DNA of 61,124 nucleotides from Bacillota bacterium (GCA_036504675.1 DASXUT010000144.1:1-61124), one strand, 5' to 3'. Shown: positions 7,777-18,424, numbered from the stretch's first letter. Translations and numbers: made by a program. Notes: generated by a model not told the origin, from the sequence alone.

Positions 7777-8718
7777 TCAGTCCCCCTCGCTGATTTGATC
7801 CGCGCCTCCATGGCCCGCGGCCAGGTCGGGATGGAGGAGAGCATTGTAGGTGCCGGCCGCCGAGAGCGCGCCGGCGTACACGCAGACGACAACGTCGCGG
7901 TAACGTGCCCTGCGGCGGTCGTCACGAACGGTCACGGAATCGGGTCGAAAGCCGAGGAGAAGGCCGTTCTCCCGGCCCAGGGAGGTGAAGGGCACCAACC
8001 TCACCCGGGCGGGCCACGGCGGCGGCAGGCGGTCCAGACCGGTGAGTGTGTCGAGGGCCTGGCCTTCAAGACCGGCCGCCGGACCGGTCCCGTAGATGTC
8101 GGCCAGGCCCGCCGGGATGATCTCGCTGACCGCTCCCAGCTCGACGACGACCACGGGATGACCGGAGAACGGGTCCTGCAGCTGATTGCCCGTGTCGACC
8201 AGGGCGGTGAAGTCGGCCCGGCGCCGATCGATCTCGACCTCCAGTTGGAGGAGCCGCCCTTCCTCCCCGGCTCGGCGGCGGAAGTGAGCCCAGGCCGCCC
8301 GCCCGCCGATGAAGGCGATGGCGAGACCCGCGGCGATCGTCCACCAGCCGGTGTCGGCCGGACCGAGGGCGACCCGGAGCCCGATGGACGAAGTCAGGAG
8401 GCTCAGGGCCAGGACGGTCCCGCCAAGAAAGACCGCGGTCAGCAAGAGATAAGCCAAGAGTCCGGCGAAGACCCCCCACCCCACGGGGCAGAAGGCGGCG
8501 GCGAGCATGGCCGCCGCGACGAGCAGGCGAGCCATGAGCCCGCGGGCCATCGGCCACGGACCGGCCAGGGCAAAGAGGGCGTAGCCGGCCCCGAGGGCGG
8601 CTCCCAGAGCCAGGCGCCACGGGCGGGCCGGACGCCGGGCCAAACCGGCCGCGGCCCACAGGAGGGCCAGGTCGATCAGGAAGTTCTCGATGAGGAAGAT
8701 GTCCGCGTAGACCCGCAT
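7777..8718 (-). CDS. spoIIGA: Sigma-E processing peptidase SpoIIGA
   Basis: Trimmed to the ATG at 8718 ([21 protein letters not shown]). It has a multi-TM N-terminal half and a C-terminal [12 protein letters not shown] aspartic protease motif. Confidence 0.88.
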   Translation of the reverse strand: MRVYADIFLIENFLIDLALLWAAAGLARRPARPWRLALGAALGAGYALFALAGPWPMARGLMARLLVAAAMLAAAFCPVGWGVFAGLLAYLLLTAVFLGGTVLALSLLTSSIGLRVALGPADTGWWTIAAGLAIAFIGGRAAWAHFRRRAGEEGRLLQLEVEIDRRRADFTALVDTGNQLQDPFSGHPVVVVELGAVSEIIPAGLADIYGTGPAAGLEGQALDTLTGLDRLPPPWPARVRLVPFTSLGRENGLLLGFRPDSVTVRDDRRRARYRDVVVCVYAGALSAAGTYNALLHPDLAAGHGGADQISEGD

Positions 8719-8834
8719 CCGGGGCGCGCCTCCCAGAACTGGCCGGGGTTTCCTCCCCATCCAGTGGATTGTATGCCTGTCCCGGGCCGGCCATGCCCGG
8801 CCGCTCCGACGGACCCCCCGAGCGCTCAAGGTGA

Positions 8835-8868
8835 ATTATAGCCGGACCGCCGAGCCGAATTTTGTCAA
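8835..8868 (-). promoter_or_regulatory. spoIIG-type promoter: TTGACA, a 22-nt spacer, then TATAAT
   Basis: Minus strand ttgaca (8868-8863), spacer 8862-8841 (22 nt), tataat (8840-8835). The over-long spacer mirrors the Spo0A-dependent B. subtilis spoIIG promoter. TGTCAAA and CGAA-like half sites are nearby. Confidence 0.5.
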
Positions 8869-8871
8869 ACG

Positions 8872-8907
8872 AAAAACCCCGCCGCCTCTCGGCGACGGGG
8901 TTTTTTT
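8872..8907 (-). terminator. Intrinsic terminator after ftsZ (A-run and T-run on both sides)
   Basis: ccccgccgcc tctc ggcgacgggg stem flanked by aaaaa and ttttttt. Confidence 0.75.
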
Positions 8908-8946
8908 CAGCTATGAAGGGGATCGTCGGCCCCTCGGCCGCGAGTC

Positions 8947-9993
8947 CTAGCCCTTCTTGCGGAGGAAGGCCGGGATGTCGAGGTCGTCCCCGGGGAATGG
9001 CTTGAACTCCAGGTCCTCTTGCGGCTTGTTTTTGCGCTGCCGGTTGTCGAAGCCGGTGGCGATGACGGTCACCCGCACTTGATCCTTCATGTCTTCATTG
9101 ATGACCGCGCCGAAGATGATGTTGGCCTCAGGGTCGGCCGCCTGGGCGATGATCTCGGCCGCCTCGTTGACCTCGAAGAGGCCGAGGTCGGGACCGCCGG
9201 TGATGTTCAGTAGGACACCCTTGGCCCCGTCGATGGAAGTCTCCAGGAGCGGGCTGGAGATGGCCGCCTTGGCCGCGTCCGTCGCCCGGCTATCGCCGGA
9301 GGCCGTCCCGATGCCCATCAGAGCCGACCCGGTGTCGAGCATGATCGTCCGGACGTCGGCGAAGTCCAGGTTGATCAACCCCGGCACGGCGACGAGGTCG
9401 GAGATGCCCTGTACGCCCTGGCGGAGGACGTCGTCGGCGATGCGGAAGGCGTCGACGATGGAGGTCTTCTTCTCGACCACCTGAAGGAGGCGGTCGTTGG
9501 GAATGGTGATCAACGTGTCGACTTTTTCCTTCAGGTCGGCAATCCCTTTCTCGGCCTGAAGCATCCGCTTCCGGCCCTCGAAAGTGAAGGGCTTGGTGAC
9601 CACGCCGACGGTCAGGGCGCCGGTCTCCTTGGCGCATTCGGCGACGATCGGCGCGGCCCCGGTGCCGGTCCCGCCACCCATGCCGGCGGTGATGAAGATC
9701 ATGTCCGCGCCTTTGAGGGCCTGGGCGATGGTCTCCCGGCTCTCTTCGGCGGCCTGATAGCCGACCTCGGGGTTACCACCGGCCCCCAACCCGCGGGTGA
9801 GCTTGGCCCCGAGCTGGATCTTGTGAGGCGCCGACGACAAGTAAAGGGCCTGCGCGTCGGTGTTCAGGGAAATGAACTCCACGCCTTTCAGGCCGGTGGT
9901 GATCATCCGGTTGACGGCGTTGTTCCCGCCGCCGCCGACTCCGACCACCTTTATCAGTGCGAACTGCTCTTTGTCTAGGTCGAGTTCGAGCAT
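8947..9993 (-). CDS. ftsZ: Cell division GTPase FtsZ
   Basis: [27 protein letters not shown] and NLDFADV are tubulin-signature blocks. The C-terminal DIPAFLRK peptide is present. Confidence 0.97.
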   Translation of the reverse strand: MLELDLDKEQFALIKVVGVGGGGNNAVNRMITTGLKGVEFISLNTDAQALYLSSAPHKIQLGAKLTRGLGAGGNPEVGYQAAEESRETIAQALKGADMIFITAGMGGGTGTGAAPIVAECAKETGALTVGVVTKPFTFEGRKRMLQAEKGIADLKEKVDTLITIPNDRLLQVVEKKTSIVDAFRIADDVLRQGVQGISDLVAVPGLINLDFADVRTIMLDTGSALMGIGTASGDSRATDAAKAAISSPLLETSIDGAKGVLLNITGGPDLGLFEVNEAAEIIAQAADPEANIIFGAVINEDMKDQVRVTVIATGFDNRQRKNKPQEDLEFKPFPGDDLDIPAFLRKKG

Positions 9994-10065
9994 TAACCCC
10001 TTTACCTCCTTGGACCGGGGCCGGATGGCCCCTGGGCACCGGCCAAAAACCAGGCATATAGGCCC

Positions 10066-10096
10066 AAAAAACGGTCCAGGCCGCTTCAGCCTGGAC
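10066..10096 (-). terminator. Intrinsic terminator after sbp, upstream of ftsZ
   Basis: gtccaggc / gcctggac stem (10074-10096) followed on the minus strand by cgtttttt. Confidence 0.6.
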
Positions 10097-10105
10097 TACT
10101 TATTT

Positions 10106-10507
10106 CTAGGTGGAGGGGGTTTTCCCTTTTTCCGTATCCGGGTTTTTCCCGACTTTCAACCGCCCGGGGGCGGGCCAAAAACGCAAAAGATGGCGACGGA
10201 TGGTGCCGAGGTTGAGAAAGAGTCGATAACCGAGGGCGAACAGGGCGGCGTAGTAAAGCTCCACGCCCAGGCGGTCGCCGATGTAGGTCAGGGCCGCGGC
10301 CAGGAGGGCGTTGCCGAAGAAGCCGCTGACGAAGACGGCCGTGTCGAAGTTGCCTTCCAGACCGGCCCGCAGACCACCGAAAACCGAGTCCAGGGCGGCC
10401 AGGACGGCGATGGACAGGTAACGGGCGTAGACGATAGGCAGGGCGACCGGCAGGAAGAGGCCGACGGCCAGTCCCGCCCCGAGCCCGATGATGGCCAGCC
10501 AGATCAC
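10106..10507 (-). CDS. sbp: Small basic protein Sbp (DUF1290)
   Basis: A small membrane protein with a basic tail, in the position sbp occupies in Bacillus dcw clusters (after DUF881 genes). Contains LDSVFGG.RA motifs. Confidence 0.7.
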   Translation of the reverse strand: MIWLAIIGLGAGLAVGLFLPVALPIVYARYLSIAVLAALDSVFGGLRAGLEGNFDTAVFVSGFFGNALLAAALTYIGDRLGVELYYAALFALGYRLFLNLGTIRRHLLRFWPAPGRLKVGKNPDTEKGKTPST

Positions 10508-11217
10508 TTCGGCTCACCCCCCTTCGCCGGCTTTGCGTAGACGAACTGGAGCGGCCCGTTATAGGCCGGAATCGTCAACTCCTGGACCTTCGACAGCTTG
10601 ATATCGATCTTCCAGAAGCCGAGTTGGTCCAGTACCCCGCCGCGCATCCGCAGGGCGCTCTCCAAGGTGGCCGGGTCGCCGATGGCCAGGATCTCCACGG
10701 GCGGCGCCGTCCGGGTGTTGTTGATCGAAATGGTCGGACCGGCGCAGCGAATCTCCGACCGGGCCACCAGCCGCTGGCCGTTGATGGAGACGGCCTCGGC
10801 CCCGGCCGCCCTCAGCTCGTTGACCACCTTGAGGAGGTCGTCGTCGTGGAGGACGAACAGGTTCGGATCCTCCCCTTGCTGGCGCGGGGTCTTCGAGTCG
10901 TCGAGGACGAGCTTGACGCCAGGGCCCTTGACCGCCGTGGCCCCGGCCATCATCTCTGAGCGCAGAAGGGCATCCTGTAAGGCTTGAGCTGACTGCTGGC
11001 CCTCGGCCGCCTTGGTCAGCTGCTCCCTAAGGGTGGCCACCTCCTGGCGCAATAGGTTGCGCTCGTTCTCCGTCTGTTGCAGCATCACGCTGATCTCCTC
11101 GGAGCGCCCGAAGGTCAGCGGCCCGCGGATGTCGTGCTGCACCTTGATTTGAACGGCCAGCATGACCCCGAGGACCATGCTGACCAGGGCGACAGCCCAC
11201 GCCCCTCCCCTTCTCAT
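10504..11217 (-). CDS. DUF881 (YlxW/YlxX-like) division/sporulation-associated protein
   Basis: N-terminal TM helix, a coiled-coil region, VLHDDDLLKVVNELRAAGAEAVSINGQRL. Position matches dcw synteny. Confidence 0.75.
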   Translation of the reverse strand: MRRGGAWAVALVSMVLGVMLAVQIKVQHDIRGPLTFGRSEEISVMLQQTENERNLLRQEVATLREQLTKAAEGQQSAQALQDALLRSEMMAGATAVKGPGVKLVLDDSKTPRQQGEDPNLFVLHDDDLLKVVNELRAAGAEAVSINGQRLVARSEIRCAGPTISINNTRTAPPVEILAIGDPATLESALRMRGGVLDQLGFWKIDIKLSKVQELTIPAYNGPLQFVYAKPAKGGEPK

Positions 11218-11274
11218 CGCTGATACCTCATTTCATCTATATCCGATCGCTATGTCCAGCTCTGTCCACCTGGT

Positions 11275-12045
11275 TCAACTATCGCCAAGCCGAATCACCG
11301 GTGGGCCGTCATACCTGAGGTCGATCAGCCTGACCCGGAGCTTGGAGGCCCTGGCGTCGTCGACGATCCCGACCAGGGCCTGGATCTTGCGTTTCAGACG
11401 TTCGTCGGGTGCCGCGGGAACGGCCCCGAACAGGACGGTGATGCGGTCGGTCGTGTAGACCGTCACTTCCGCCGAGCCGTCGGCTCGGGGAGCCGCGTGA
11501 ACCTCGGCCAAGAGCGAGCGATGGTCCGGATCGAAAGTGTCGATTACGGCGAGCGCCCCATTGAGGAGGGTCTCATCAACGCTCAGCCCGACCCGCCATT
11601 CCTCGGCCTTGACCCCGGTGAGGACCGGCAGTCCAAGGCCGTAGAGGTTCTCGACCAGGCGAAGGACCCGCCCGTCGGCGTCGACCAAGTAGAAGGTATT
11701 GTTGTTGGGCACGGCGGCCAAGGCTTCGCATTCCTTGATATCGATGATCAACCGCCCGGGGAATTCCCGCCGGACGGCGACCTCCTTGATCCACGGTTCA
11801 GCCGCCAGACGCTGTCTCACCTCCGCCAGCTTGACCTGCCACAGGTTGGCCTTCGGCGGCAGCTGGGCCGCGTTGATGACCTCCTGGCTGGATAGCTTGA
11901 CGTTGCCGGTGACGCTCACCGTGGCCACTCGGAAGTAGCTAGAACTCAAGAAGAAAAAAAGACCGATCCCGCCGATCAGGAGAAGATCAAAGATCAGGAA
12001 AACGCGGCGCTGCGCGCGCCACCTTCGTCTGGTGGACTTCTCCAC
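11275..12045 (-). CDS. divIB: Cell division protein DivIB/FtsQ (POTRA)
   Basis: A TM helix, then FRVATVSVTGNVKLSSQEVINAA...AAEPWIKEVAVRREFPGRLIIDIKE, which is a POTRA pattern. Confidence 0.85.
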   Translation of the reverse strand: MEKSTRRRWRAQRRVFLIFDLLLIGGIGLFFFLSSSYFRVATVSVTGNVKLSSQEVINAAQLPPKANLWQVKLAEVRQRLAAEPWIKEVAVRREFPGRLIIDIKECEALAAVPNNNTFYLVDADGRVLRLVENLYGLGLPVLTGVKAEEWRVGLSVDETLLNGALAVIDTFDPDHRSLLAEVHAAPRADGSAEVTVYTTDRITVLFGAVPAAPDERLKRKIQALVGIVDDARASKLRVRLIDLRYDGPPVIRLGDS

Positions 12046-12121
12046 TACCCTGGTACCTCCGCCGCCGGAAGTCGAGAACGCCCGGAAAAACCCCGCAAGG
12101 ACGGGCCCGCATCAACAATAA

Positions 12122-12150
12122 ATTGTAAGGCCCGGCCGGCGTTATGTCAA
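12122..12150 (-). promoter_or_regulatory. Near-consensus sigma-A promoter upstream of divIB (TTGACA-17-TACAAT)
   Basis: Minus strand ttgaca (12150-12145), 17 nt spacer, tacaat (12127-12122). Confidence 0.55.
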
Positions 12151-12262
12151 ACCACGGCCGTAAGCCTCTTTTGTCGGCGGACTCCCAACGCACGGCCTGT
12201 CCACCTCGCCAGCTCGAGAAGGCCCGCCGGTCGTGACTTGGCGGCGAGCTCGGGTTCAAGCC

Positions 12263-13531
12263 CTACGGCTCCCGGCGGATGATCGCTCCCAGACCCGTCA
12301 ACTTGACCTCGAACCCATCGTAGCCGCGGTCGATGTGGTCCGTCCCCTTGACCTTGGACACTCCCTCGGCGGCCAGACCGGCGATGACCAGGGCCGCCCC
12401 ACCTCTCAGGTCGGGGACGGTCACTTCGGTCCCTGACAGACTATCCACCCCTTCGACCACGGCGGCCCGCCCCTCGACCCGGATCCTGGCGCCCATCCGG
12501 GTGAGTTCCTCGACGTGGTTGAAGCGCTTGTCGAAGACCGTCTCGGTGATCAGCGAGGTCCCTTCGGTCACGCTCATCAGGGCCATCGCCTGCGGCTGCA
12601 GGTCGGTCGGGAAGCCCGGGTAGGGCAGGGTCTTGAAATCCACCGACCGAAGCCGCCCCGAGGCCCTGGCCTCGAGGGTGTCCCGGCCCTCGCGGATCAG
12701 CAGACCGGCTTCCCGCAACTTGGCCACCGCCGATTCGATGTGGTCCTCGACGATGTTGGCCAGTTCCACGCACCCACCGGTGGCGGCCACGGCGGCCAGC
12801 ATCGTCCCCGCCTCGATGCGGTCCGGGATGACTGAATGCTCCGCGCCGTGCAGGCGCCTGACCCCGTCAATCCGGATGGAGTCCGAACCGGCTCCCCTGA
12901 CCTGAGCCCCCATCGAGTTGAGGAAGTTCTGCAGGTCGACGATCTCCGGCTCGCGGGCCGTGTTGCGGATGATCGTCGTCCCCTCGGCCAGGACGGCGGC
13001 CATCATGATGTTCTCGGTCGCGCCGACGCTCGGGAAGTCGAGATGGACCTCGTTCCCGGTGAGGTTTGGAGCCTCGGCCTCGATGCGGCCATAACGCTCC
13101 CTGAACCTGGCCCCGAGCGCCGAAAGCCCCCTCAGGTGAAGGTCGATCGGTCGCGGGCCGATGGCGCAACCACCCGGGTAGGTCACCGTCACCCGGCCCA
13201 GCCGACCGAGGAGGGGCCCCATGACGAAGATGGACGAGCGCATCTGGCCCATCAGGTCGCTGGGACCGATGTGCGTCCGGAACTGCCCTGCCTTGGTCGA
13301 AATGCTCCGCCTGCGGCCCCCTTCGGAGGTCCGGGTCTCGACTTCGACCCCGAGGTACCGGAGGATGTCGAGCATGACCGTCACATCGCGCAGTTCCGGA
13401 ACCTCATGGATCAGGCACTCCTCCGGACAGAGCAACGCCGCGGCCAGGATCGGCAGGATGGCGTTCTTCGCCCCACTGATCCTGACCTGCCCCGAAAGCC
13501 GGTGCCCGCCCTCAATAACAAAAGAGCCCAC
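12263..13531 (-). CDS. murA: UDP-N-acetylglucosamine 1-carboxyvinyltransferase
   Basis: ISGAKNAILPILAAALL and YPGGCAIGPRPIDLHL (active-site Cys loop). Confidence 0.93.
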   Translation of the reverse strand: MGSFVIEGGHRLSGQVRISGAKNAILPILAAALLCPEECLIHEVPELRDVTVMLDILRYLGVEVETRTSEGGRRRSISTKAGQFRTHIGPSDLMGQMRSSIFVMGPLLGRLGRVTVTYPGGCAIGPRPIDLHLRGLSALGARFRERYGRIEAEAPNLTGNEVHLDFPSVGATENIMMAAVLAEGTTIIRNTAREPEIVDLQNFLNSMGAQVRGAGSDSIRIDGVRRLHGAEHSVIPDRIEAGTMLAAVAATGGCVELANIVEDHIESAVAKLREAGLLIREGRDTLEARASGRLRSVDFKTLPYPGFPTDLQPQAMALMSVTEGTSLITETVFDKRFNHVEELTRMGARIRVEGRAAVVEGVDSLSGTEVTVPDLRGGAALVIAGLAAEGVSKVKGTDHIDRGYDGFEVKLTGLGAIIRREP

Positions 13532-13635
13532 ATGGCCACCCCCGATGACGCACCACCTGAACGGCTGCCCACTATCATACGCGGGCCCACCGGGATTGTG
13601 AGCCAGAGTGGCGGGCGCTCCCCGGAGACGAGCGG

Positions 13636-15015
13636 CTAGGGGCCCTGGAGCACGCGGAGCAGTTCCGGTCCTAGGTTGGTGACGTTGCCGGCACCGACGG
13701 TCAGGACGAGGTCTCCGGGTCGGACGTCGCGGGCAAGGGTCTCGACGAGCTCTTCGCGATGGCAGTGGTAAGAGACGTGCTTGTAGCCGGAGGCCGCGAC
13801 CTGATCCAAGATGGTCCGGCCGCTGACCCCCGGGATGGGCAGTTCCCCGGCCGGGTAGATGTCCATCAGATAAAGCTGGTCGGCCGCGGTGAAGGCCCCT
13901 CCGAACTGGCCGGCCAGGTGCTGGGTTCGAGTGTAGCGGTGGGGCTGGAAGACGCAGATGACCCGACCATATCCGAGCTGGCGGGCCGACCGCAGGGTGG
14001 CGGCGATCTCCGTGGGATGATGGGCGTAATCGTCGACGATGGTCACCCCGCGGGCCTCCCCGACTTTCTGGAAGCGCCTCTCCGCGCCGGTGAAACCCTT
14101 GAGGGCCGTGGCGATGTCCACGAAGCTGAGCCCGGCCTCGAGGCCGACGGCCACGGCGGCCAGGGCATCCTGGACGTTGTGCCGACCGGGGACGGCCAGC
14201 TCCAAACGGCCCAGTTGCTTCCCCCGCAGGTAGGCCGTACAGCTCGTCCCGATCCCGCGCAGCCCGATGGCCGAGGTCGTCAGGTCGGCCTTCTCATCCA
14301 GCGCGTAGGTGACCTTGCGGCCGCCGTGGCGACCGCCGATCTGGCGGACCCATTCGTTGTCGTAACCCAGGACGGCCAAGCCGGCCTGAGGCAGGCGCCG
14401 CAGGAACGCCTCGAAGGCCTCGATGATGTGGCCCAGGTCTCCGTAGTGGTCGAGGTGGTCGGCCTCGATGTTGGTGACCACCGCGATCACCGGGGACAGG
14501 TCCAAGAAGGAACCGTCGCTCTCGTCGGCCTCGGCCACGACGTAGGCCCCGCGGCCCAAGGCGGCGTTGGTGCCGAGGTCGCGGACCTCCCCGCCGACGA
14601 CAAAGGTCGGGTCCAACCCGGCGCCCTCCATCATCAGGGCGATCATCGACGAGGTCGTCGTCTTACCGTGGCAGCCGGCCACCGCCACGCCGCGGCCGGT
14701 GCGCATGATCTCGGCCAGGACCTCCGCTCTCCGCCGGATGGGCAGCCCCGATCGACGGGCCGCGTCCAACTCCTCGTTCCCCGGCCGGATGGCCGAAGAA
14801 ACGACGACCACGTCAGGGCGATCCCCCCCAGCGGGCCCGGCCAGGTTATCGGCCCGGTGGCCGAGCTTGACCTCGGCCCCCATCCCGGTCAGGCGGCGGG
14901 TATTGGCCGACGCGGCCAGGTCTGAGCCACTCACCCGGTGCCCCATCTGCAAGAGGACCTTGGCGATGCCGCTCATCCCCGACCCGCCGATGCCAATGAA
15001 GTGATAGTGGCTCAA
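13636..15015 (-). CDS. murC: UDP-N-acetylmuramate--L-alanine ligase
   Basis: HFIGIGGSGMSGIAKVL and AVAGCHGKTTTSSM. The MurC-type N-terminus rules out MurD. Confidence 0.93.
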   Translation of the reverse strand: MSHYHFIGIGGSGMSGIAKVLLQMGHRVSGSDLAASANTRRLTGMGAEVKLGHRADNLAGPAGGDRPDVVVVSSAIRPGNEELDAARRSGLPIRRRAEVLAEIMRTGRGVAVAGCHGKTTTSSMIALMMEGAGLDPTFVVGGEVRDLGTNAALGRGAYVVAEADESDGSFLDLSPVIAVVTNIEADHLDHYGDLGHIIEAFEAFLRRLPQAGLAVLGYDNEWVRQIGGRHGGRKVTYALDEKADLTTSAIGLRGIGTSCTAYLRGKQLGRLELAVPGRHNVQDALAAVAVGLEAGLSFVDIATALKGFTGAERRFQKVGEARGVTIVDDYAHHPTEIAATLRSARQLGYGRVICVFQPHRYTRTQHLAGQFGGAFTAADQLYLMDIYPAGELPIPGVSGRTILDQVAASGYKHVSYHCHREELVETLARDVRPGDLVLTVGAGNVTNLGPELLRVLQGP

Positions 15016-15060
15016 GGTGACTCTCCTTATCGCAACGCGGTCACGGTCGGGCCATCGCGG

Positions 15061-16185
15061 CTACCGACGCCGGCGGTTGAGGACCAGGGAACGGATCTCC
15101 CGCCCGATCTCGGCCGCCGCCGACGGCCGACCCATCTGCCTCGAAGCCCCGGCCATCTCCCCCAGCCTCCCCGGGTCGTCCAGGATGGCGCCGACCTGTC
15201 GCGAGAGGACCTCCCCGGTCAACTCGGAGTCGGCGATGATCGTCGCCGCTCCGCGAGAGGCGAGCGCCCTGGCGTTGAACTCCTGATGATTGTGGGTGAC
15301 GTTGGGCGACGGGACGAGGATCGCCGGAATGCCCAGGGCCGTCAGTTCGGCCAGGGTGATTCCTCCGGCCCGGGTCAGGGCCAGGTCGGCGCAGGCCAGG
15401 GCGGCGTCCTGTTGGTAAAGGTAGGCCACGAGGACGAGGCCTTCCAACCGGCCCGGGTCCACTCCCCGCTGCCTCAGCTCTTTGAGGGTCGCTTCGTGGT
15501 GGGCCGTCCCGGTGGCCCAGACGACCTGGAGATCCCGCCGGGCCAGGAGCCCCGGCAAGGCCTCGACCATCGCTCGGTTGAGGGTCTCGGCGCCCCGGCT
15601 GCCGCCGAAGACGAGGAGGGTCCGCCGGCCCGGGTCGAGGCCCATCTCGGCGATGGCCTCCGGTCGCTTCTTGTCCATGATCTCAGTCCGGATGGGGTTG
15701 CCGGTGACGACGACCTTCCCCGGAGTCGCGAAATGCCGGCGGGCTTCCTCGAAGGGCACGGCGATCCGGCTGACGAAGCGGGCCAGCATCCGGTTGGTCA
15801 GCCCGGGGAAGACGTTCTGCTCCTGGATCAGCGTCGGCAACCCGGCCAGTGACCCGGCCAGGACAACCGGTCCGCAGACGTAGCCGCCGGTCCCGACGAC
15901 GACGTCGGGCTTGAATCGCCGGATGATCAGCCAGGCCTGAAGAACGGCTCCGGCCGCCTTGCAGGCCCCGGAAACCCGCTCGGCGGGCGACTTGCGCAAG
16001 AGGCCGCTGACATCGATGGTGGCAAAGACCAGACCCGTCCGGGGGACGAGGTCGGCCTCCAGGCCGTGTTTGGTCCCGACGTAAAGAATCTCGCCCTTGG
16101 GGTCCTGTTCGGCCAGGACCTTGGCGATGGCCAGGGCCGGGTTGACGTGCCCGCCGGTGCCCCCCCCGGCGATCAGAGTGCGCAA
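15061..16185 (-). CDS. murG: Lipid II glycosyltransferase MurG
   Basis: IAGGGTGGHVNPALAIA and VFGGSRGA blocks. Confidence 0.93.
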   Translation of the reverse strand: MRTLIAGGGTGGHVNPALAIAKVLAEQDPKGEILYVGTKHGLEADLVPRTGLVFATIDVSGLLRKSPAERVSGACKAAGAVLQAWLIIRRFKPDVVVGTGGYVCGPVVLAGSLAGLPTLIQEQNVFPGLTNRMLARFVSRIAVPFEEARRHFATPGKVVVTGNPIRTEIMDKKRPEAIAEMGLDPGRRTLLVFGGSRGAETLNRAMVEALPGLLARRDLQVVWATGTAHHEATLKELRQRGVDPGRLEGLVLVAYLYQQDAALACADLALTRAGGITLAELTALGIPAILVPSPNVTHNHQEFNARALASRGAATIIADSELTGEVLSRQVGAILDDPGRLGEMAGASRQMGRPSAAAEIGREIRSLVLNRRRR

Positions 16186-16227
16186 GGACCCACCGCCTTG
16201 AACGAATGGCCGGCCGCCGGGCGCGAC

Positions 16228-17376
16228 CTAGACCACCGAGTACTTGGAGATGTTCAGGAGGACCCCCACCCCCATCATCGTGAAGACCAGCGACGACCCG
16301 CCGGAGCTGATGAGCGGCAGGGGGATGCCGGTGATCGGCAGAGAGGCCGTCACCACGCCGACGTTGATGATCAACTGGAGGGCGATCATCACCGTCAGGC
16401 CGGCCGCCAGGACGCTGGAAAAGGAGTCGGGGGCGGAGATGGCCACCTTGAAGCCGCGCCAGATGAGGAAGAAGAAGAGCACCAAGATGGCGGCGGAACC
16501 GATGAAGCCGAGTTCTTCGGCGATGATGGCGAAGATGAAGTCGGTGTGGGCCTCCGGCAGGTAGAAGAGCTTCTGCCGGCTACGGCCGAGGCCGACCCCG
16601 AAGAGACCGCCTGAACCCAGGGCGTAAAGGGCTTGGATGATGTGGTACCCGGTGTCGCTGGGATCCGCCCAGGGGTTGAGGAAGGCCAAGAAACGCCGCC
16701 GCCGGTACTCCTCACCGAAGATCAGGGCCCCGAGCACGGGCAGGGCGGCCAGGGCCAGCCCGCCGAGGTGGGCCAGGTTGGCGCCGGCCGCGAAGAGCAT
16801 CAGGAAGACCGTGCCGGCCAGGGCCACCGAGGTCCCCAGGTCGGGCTCCATCATGATCAGGGCCCCGGCGACCCCGAGGATGGCCAGGGTCGGCATGATG
16901 CCCCGCCAGAAGTCGATGGTCCGCCCCGCCGACCGCGACGACTCGGGAGCCCGCCACGGATCGGCGGACCGCCGCGGTCCTCGCGTCAGGAAATGGGCCA
17001 AGTAGATGACAATGGTCAGTTTGGCCAGTTCGGACGGCTGGATGGCGTAGGTGCCGAAGCCGACCCACCGCCGGGCCCCGTTGATCTCCCGGCCGATTCC
17101 CGGGATGAGCACGATGACCAGCAGGAAGAACGATCCGAGGATGATCGGCGTGGCGTACCGGCGCAGCACCCAGTAGTCCACGTTCATCATCACCATCATC
17201 GCGGTTATGCCAACGACGGCCCAGGCCAGCTGGCGCTTAAGGAAGTAGTAGGCGTCGTTGTACTGCGTCTCGGACCTGACCGAGCTGGCCGAGAAGACCA
17301 TTACCAGGCCGATGGCCAGGAGGGCCATGACCACGGCGAAGATGGCGAAGTCGGGGCTGCGCTTACGACGGGCCAA
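16228..17376 (-). CDS. ftsW: SEDS-family FtsW/SpoVE peptidoglycan polymerase
   Basis: A multi-TM protein with PSELAKL, LEPDLGT and TGIPLPLISSGGSS motifs. Confidence 0.9.
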   Translation of the reverse strand: MARRKRSPDFAIFAVVMALLAIGLVMVFSASSVRSETQYNDAYYFLKRQLAWAVVGITAMMVMMNVDYWVLRRYATPIILGSFFLLVIVLIPGIGREINGARRWVGFGTYAIQPSELAKLTIVIYLAHFLTRGPRRSADPWRAPESSRSAGRTIDFWRGIMPTLAILGVAGALIMMEPDLGTSVALAGTVFLMLFAAGANLAHLGGLALAALPVLGALIFGEEYRRRRFLAFLNPWADPSDTGYHIIQALYALGSGGLFGVGLGRSRQKLFYLPEAHTDFIFAIIAEELGFIGSAAILVLFFFLIWRGFKVAISAPDSFSSVLAAGLTVMIALQLIINVGVVTASLPITGIPLPLISSGGSSLVFTMMGVGVLLNISKYSVV

Positions 17377-17430
17377 CGGTCACCGCCCCTTTCGAACCAG
17401 CGCCACGCCGGACGATTCCCACCCGGAGTC

Positions 17431-18402
17431 TTAGCCCCAGTTGCGGAGGCCCAGGAAGCCGACCACGGCGAAGATCGTCGCCAGGAGCCAGAAGCGCGTC
17501 GTCACTTGGTTCTCCGTCCACCCGGACAGCTCGAAATGGTGGTGCAGCGGGGCCATCAGGAAGACCCGCTTCCCCGTGGTCCGAAAATAGAGGACCTGGA
17601 TGATGTCGGACAGGCCCTCGATGACAAAGAGCCCGCCGGTGATGACCAGGAGGAGTTCGGTCTTGCTCAGGACGGCCAGGGCCGAGAGGGCTCCACCGAG
17701 GGACAGCGCGCCCAGATCGCCCATGATGACGCGGGCCGGATGCAGGTTGTAGACCAGGTAGCCGAGACAGGCGCCGGTGATGGCCAGGGCCACCAGGCCC
17801 AGCTCGACACGATCGAGGGCGAGGGCGATCACGGCGTAGGCGGCCGAGGTGATGACCATCGCCCCCCCCGCCAGCCCGTCGACCCCATCGGTCAGGTTGA
17901 CCGTATTGGCCGTGGCGATGAGGAGGACGGTCACGAAAACGGGATAGAAGTAGCCGAGGTTGACGACGATGCCGGTGAAGGGGACGCCGACCGTCGGCGG
18001 CAGCCCGGCGAGATTGGTCGCCCCCAGGCTGAGGACGATGGCGATGAGCATCTGACCGAGCAGTTTCTCCCGGGCCTTCAAACCGAGCGGCCGGTGGAGG
18101 ACGACCTTCCGATAGTCGTCGACGAGGCCGATCGCCCCGAGGGCCAAAGTAGTGAAGAGAACCAGGAGGACGGGCACGGTCAGAGGGACGAAGGCGACGG
18201 TCCCGACAACGACCCCGAGGAGGAAGATGAAGCCACCCATGGTCGGGACGCCGGCCTTCCTGAGGTGGGTCCGCGGTCCGTCGCTGCGAATGCTCTGCCC
18301 GACCTTGAGGCGTTGCAGGAAGCGGATGATGGCCGGCCCCGCGGCGACGGCGACGACGAAAGCCAGGCCCGGGGCCAGGATCAATTTCTCCATGAGGACC
18401 AC
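17431..18402 (-). CDS. mraY: Phospho-N-acetylmuramoyl-pentapeptide transferase
   Basis: PTMGG, NLTDGVDGLA and APLHHHFE motifs. Confidence 0.95.
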   Translation of the reverse strand: MVLMEKLILAPGLAFVVAVAAGPAIIRFLQRLKVGQSIRSDGPRTHLRKAGVPTMGGFIFLLGVVVGTVAFVPLTVPVLLVLFTTLALGAIGLVDDYRKVVLHRPLGLKAREKLLGQMLIAIVLSLGATNLAGLPPTVGVPFTGIVVNLGYFYPVFVTVLLIATANTVNLTDGVDGLAGGAMVITSAAYAVIALALDRVELGLVALAITGACLGYLVYNLHPARVIMGDLGALSLGGALSALAVLSKTELLLVITGGLFVIEGLSDIIQVLYFRTTGKRVFLMAPLHHHFELSGWTENQVTTRFWLLATIFAVVGFLGLRNWG

Positions 18403-18424
18403 TCCCGATGACCGGTTGACCTTG

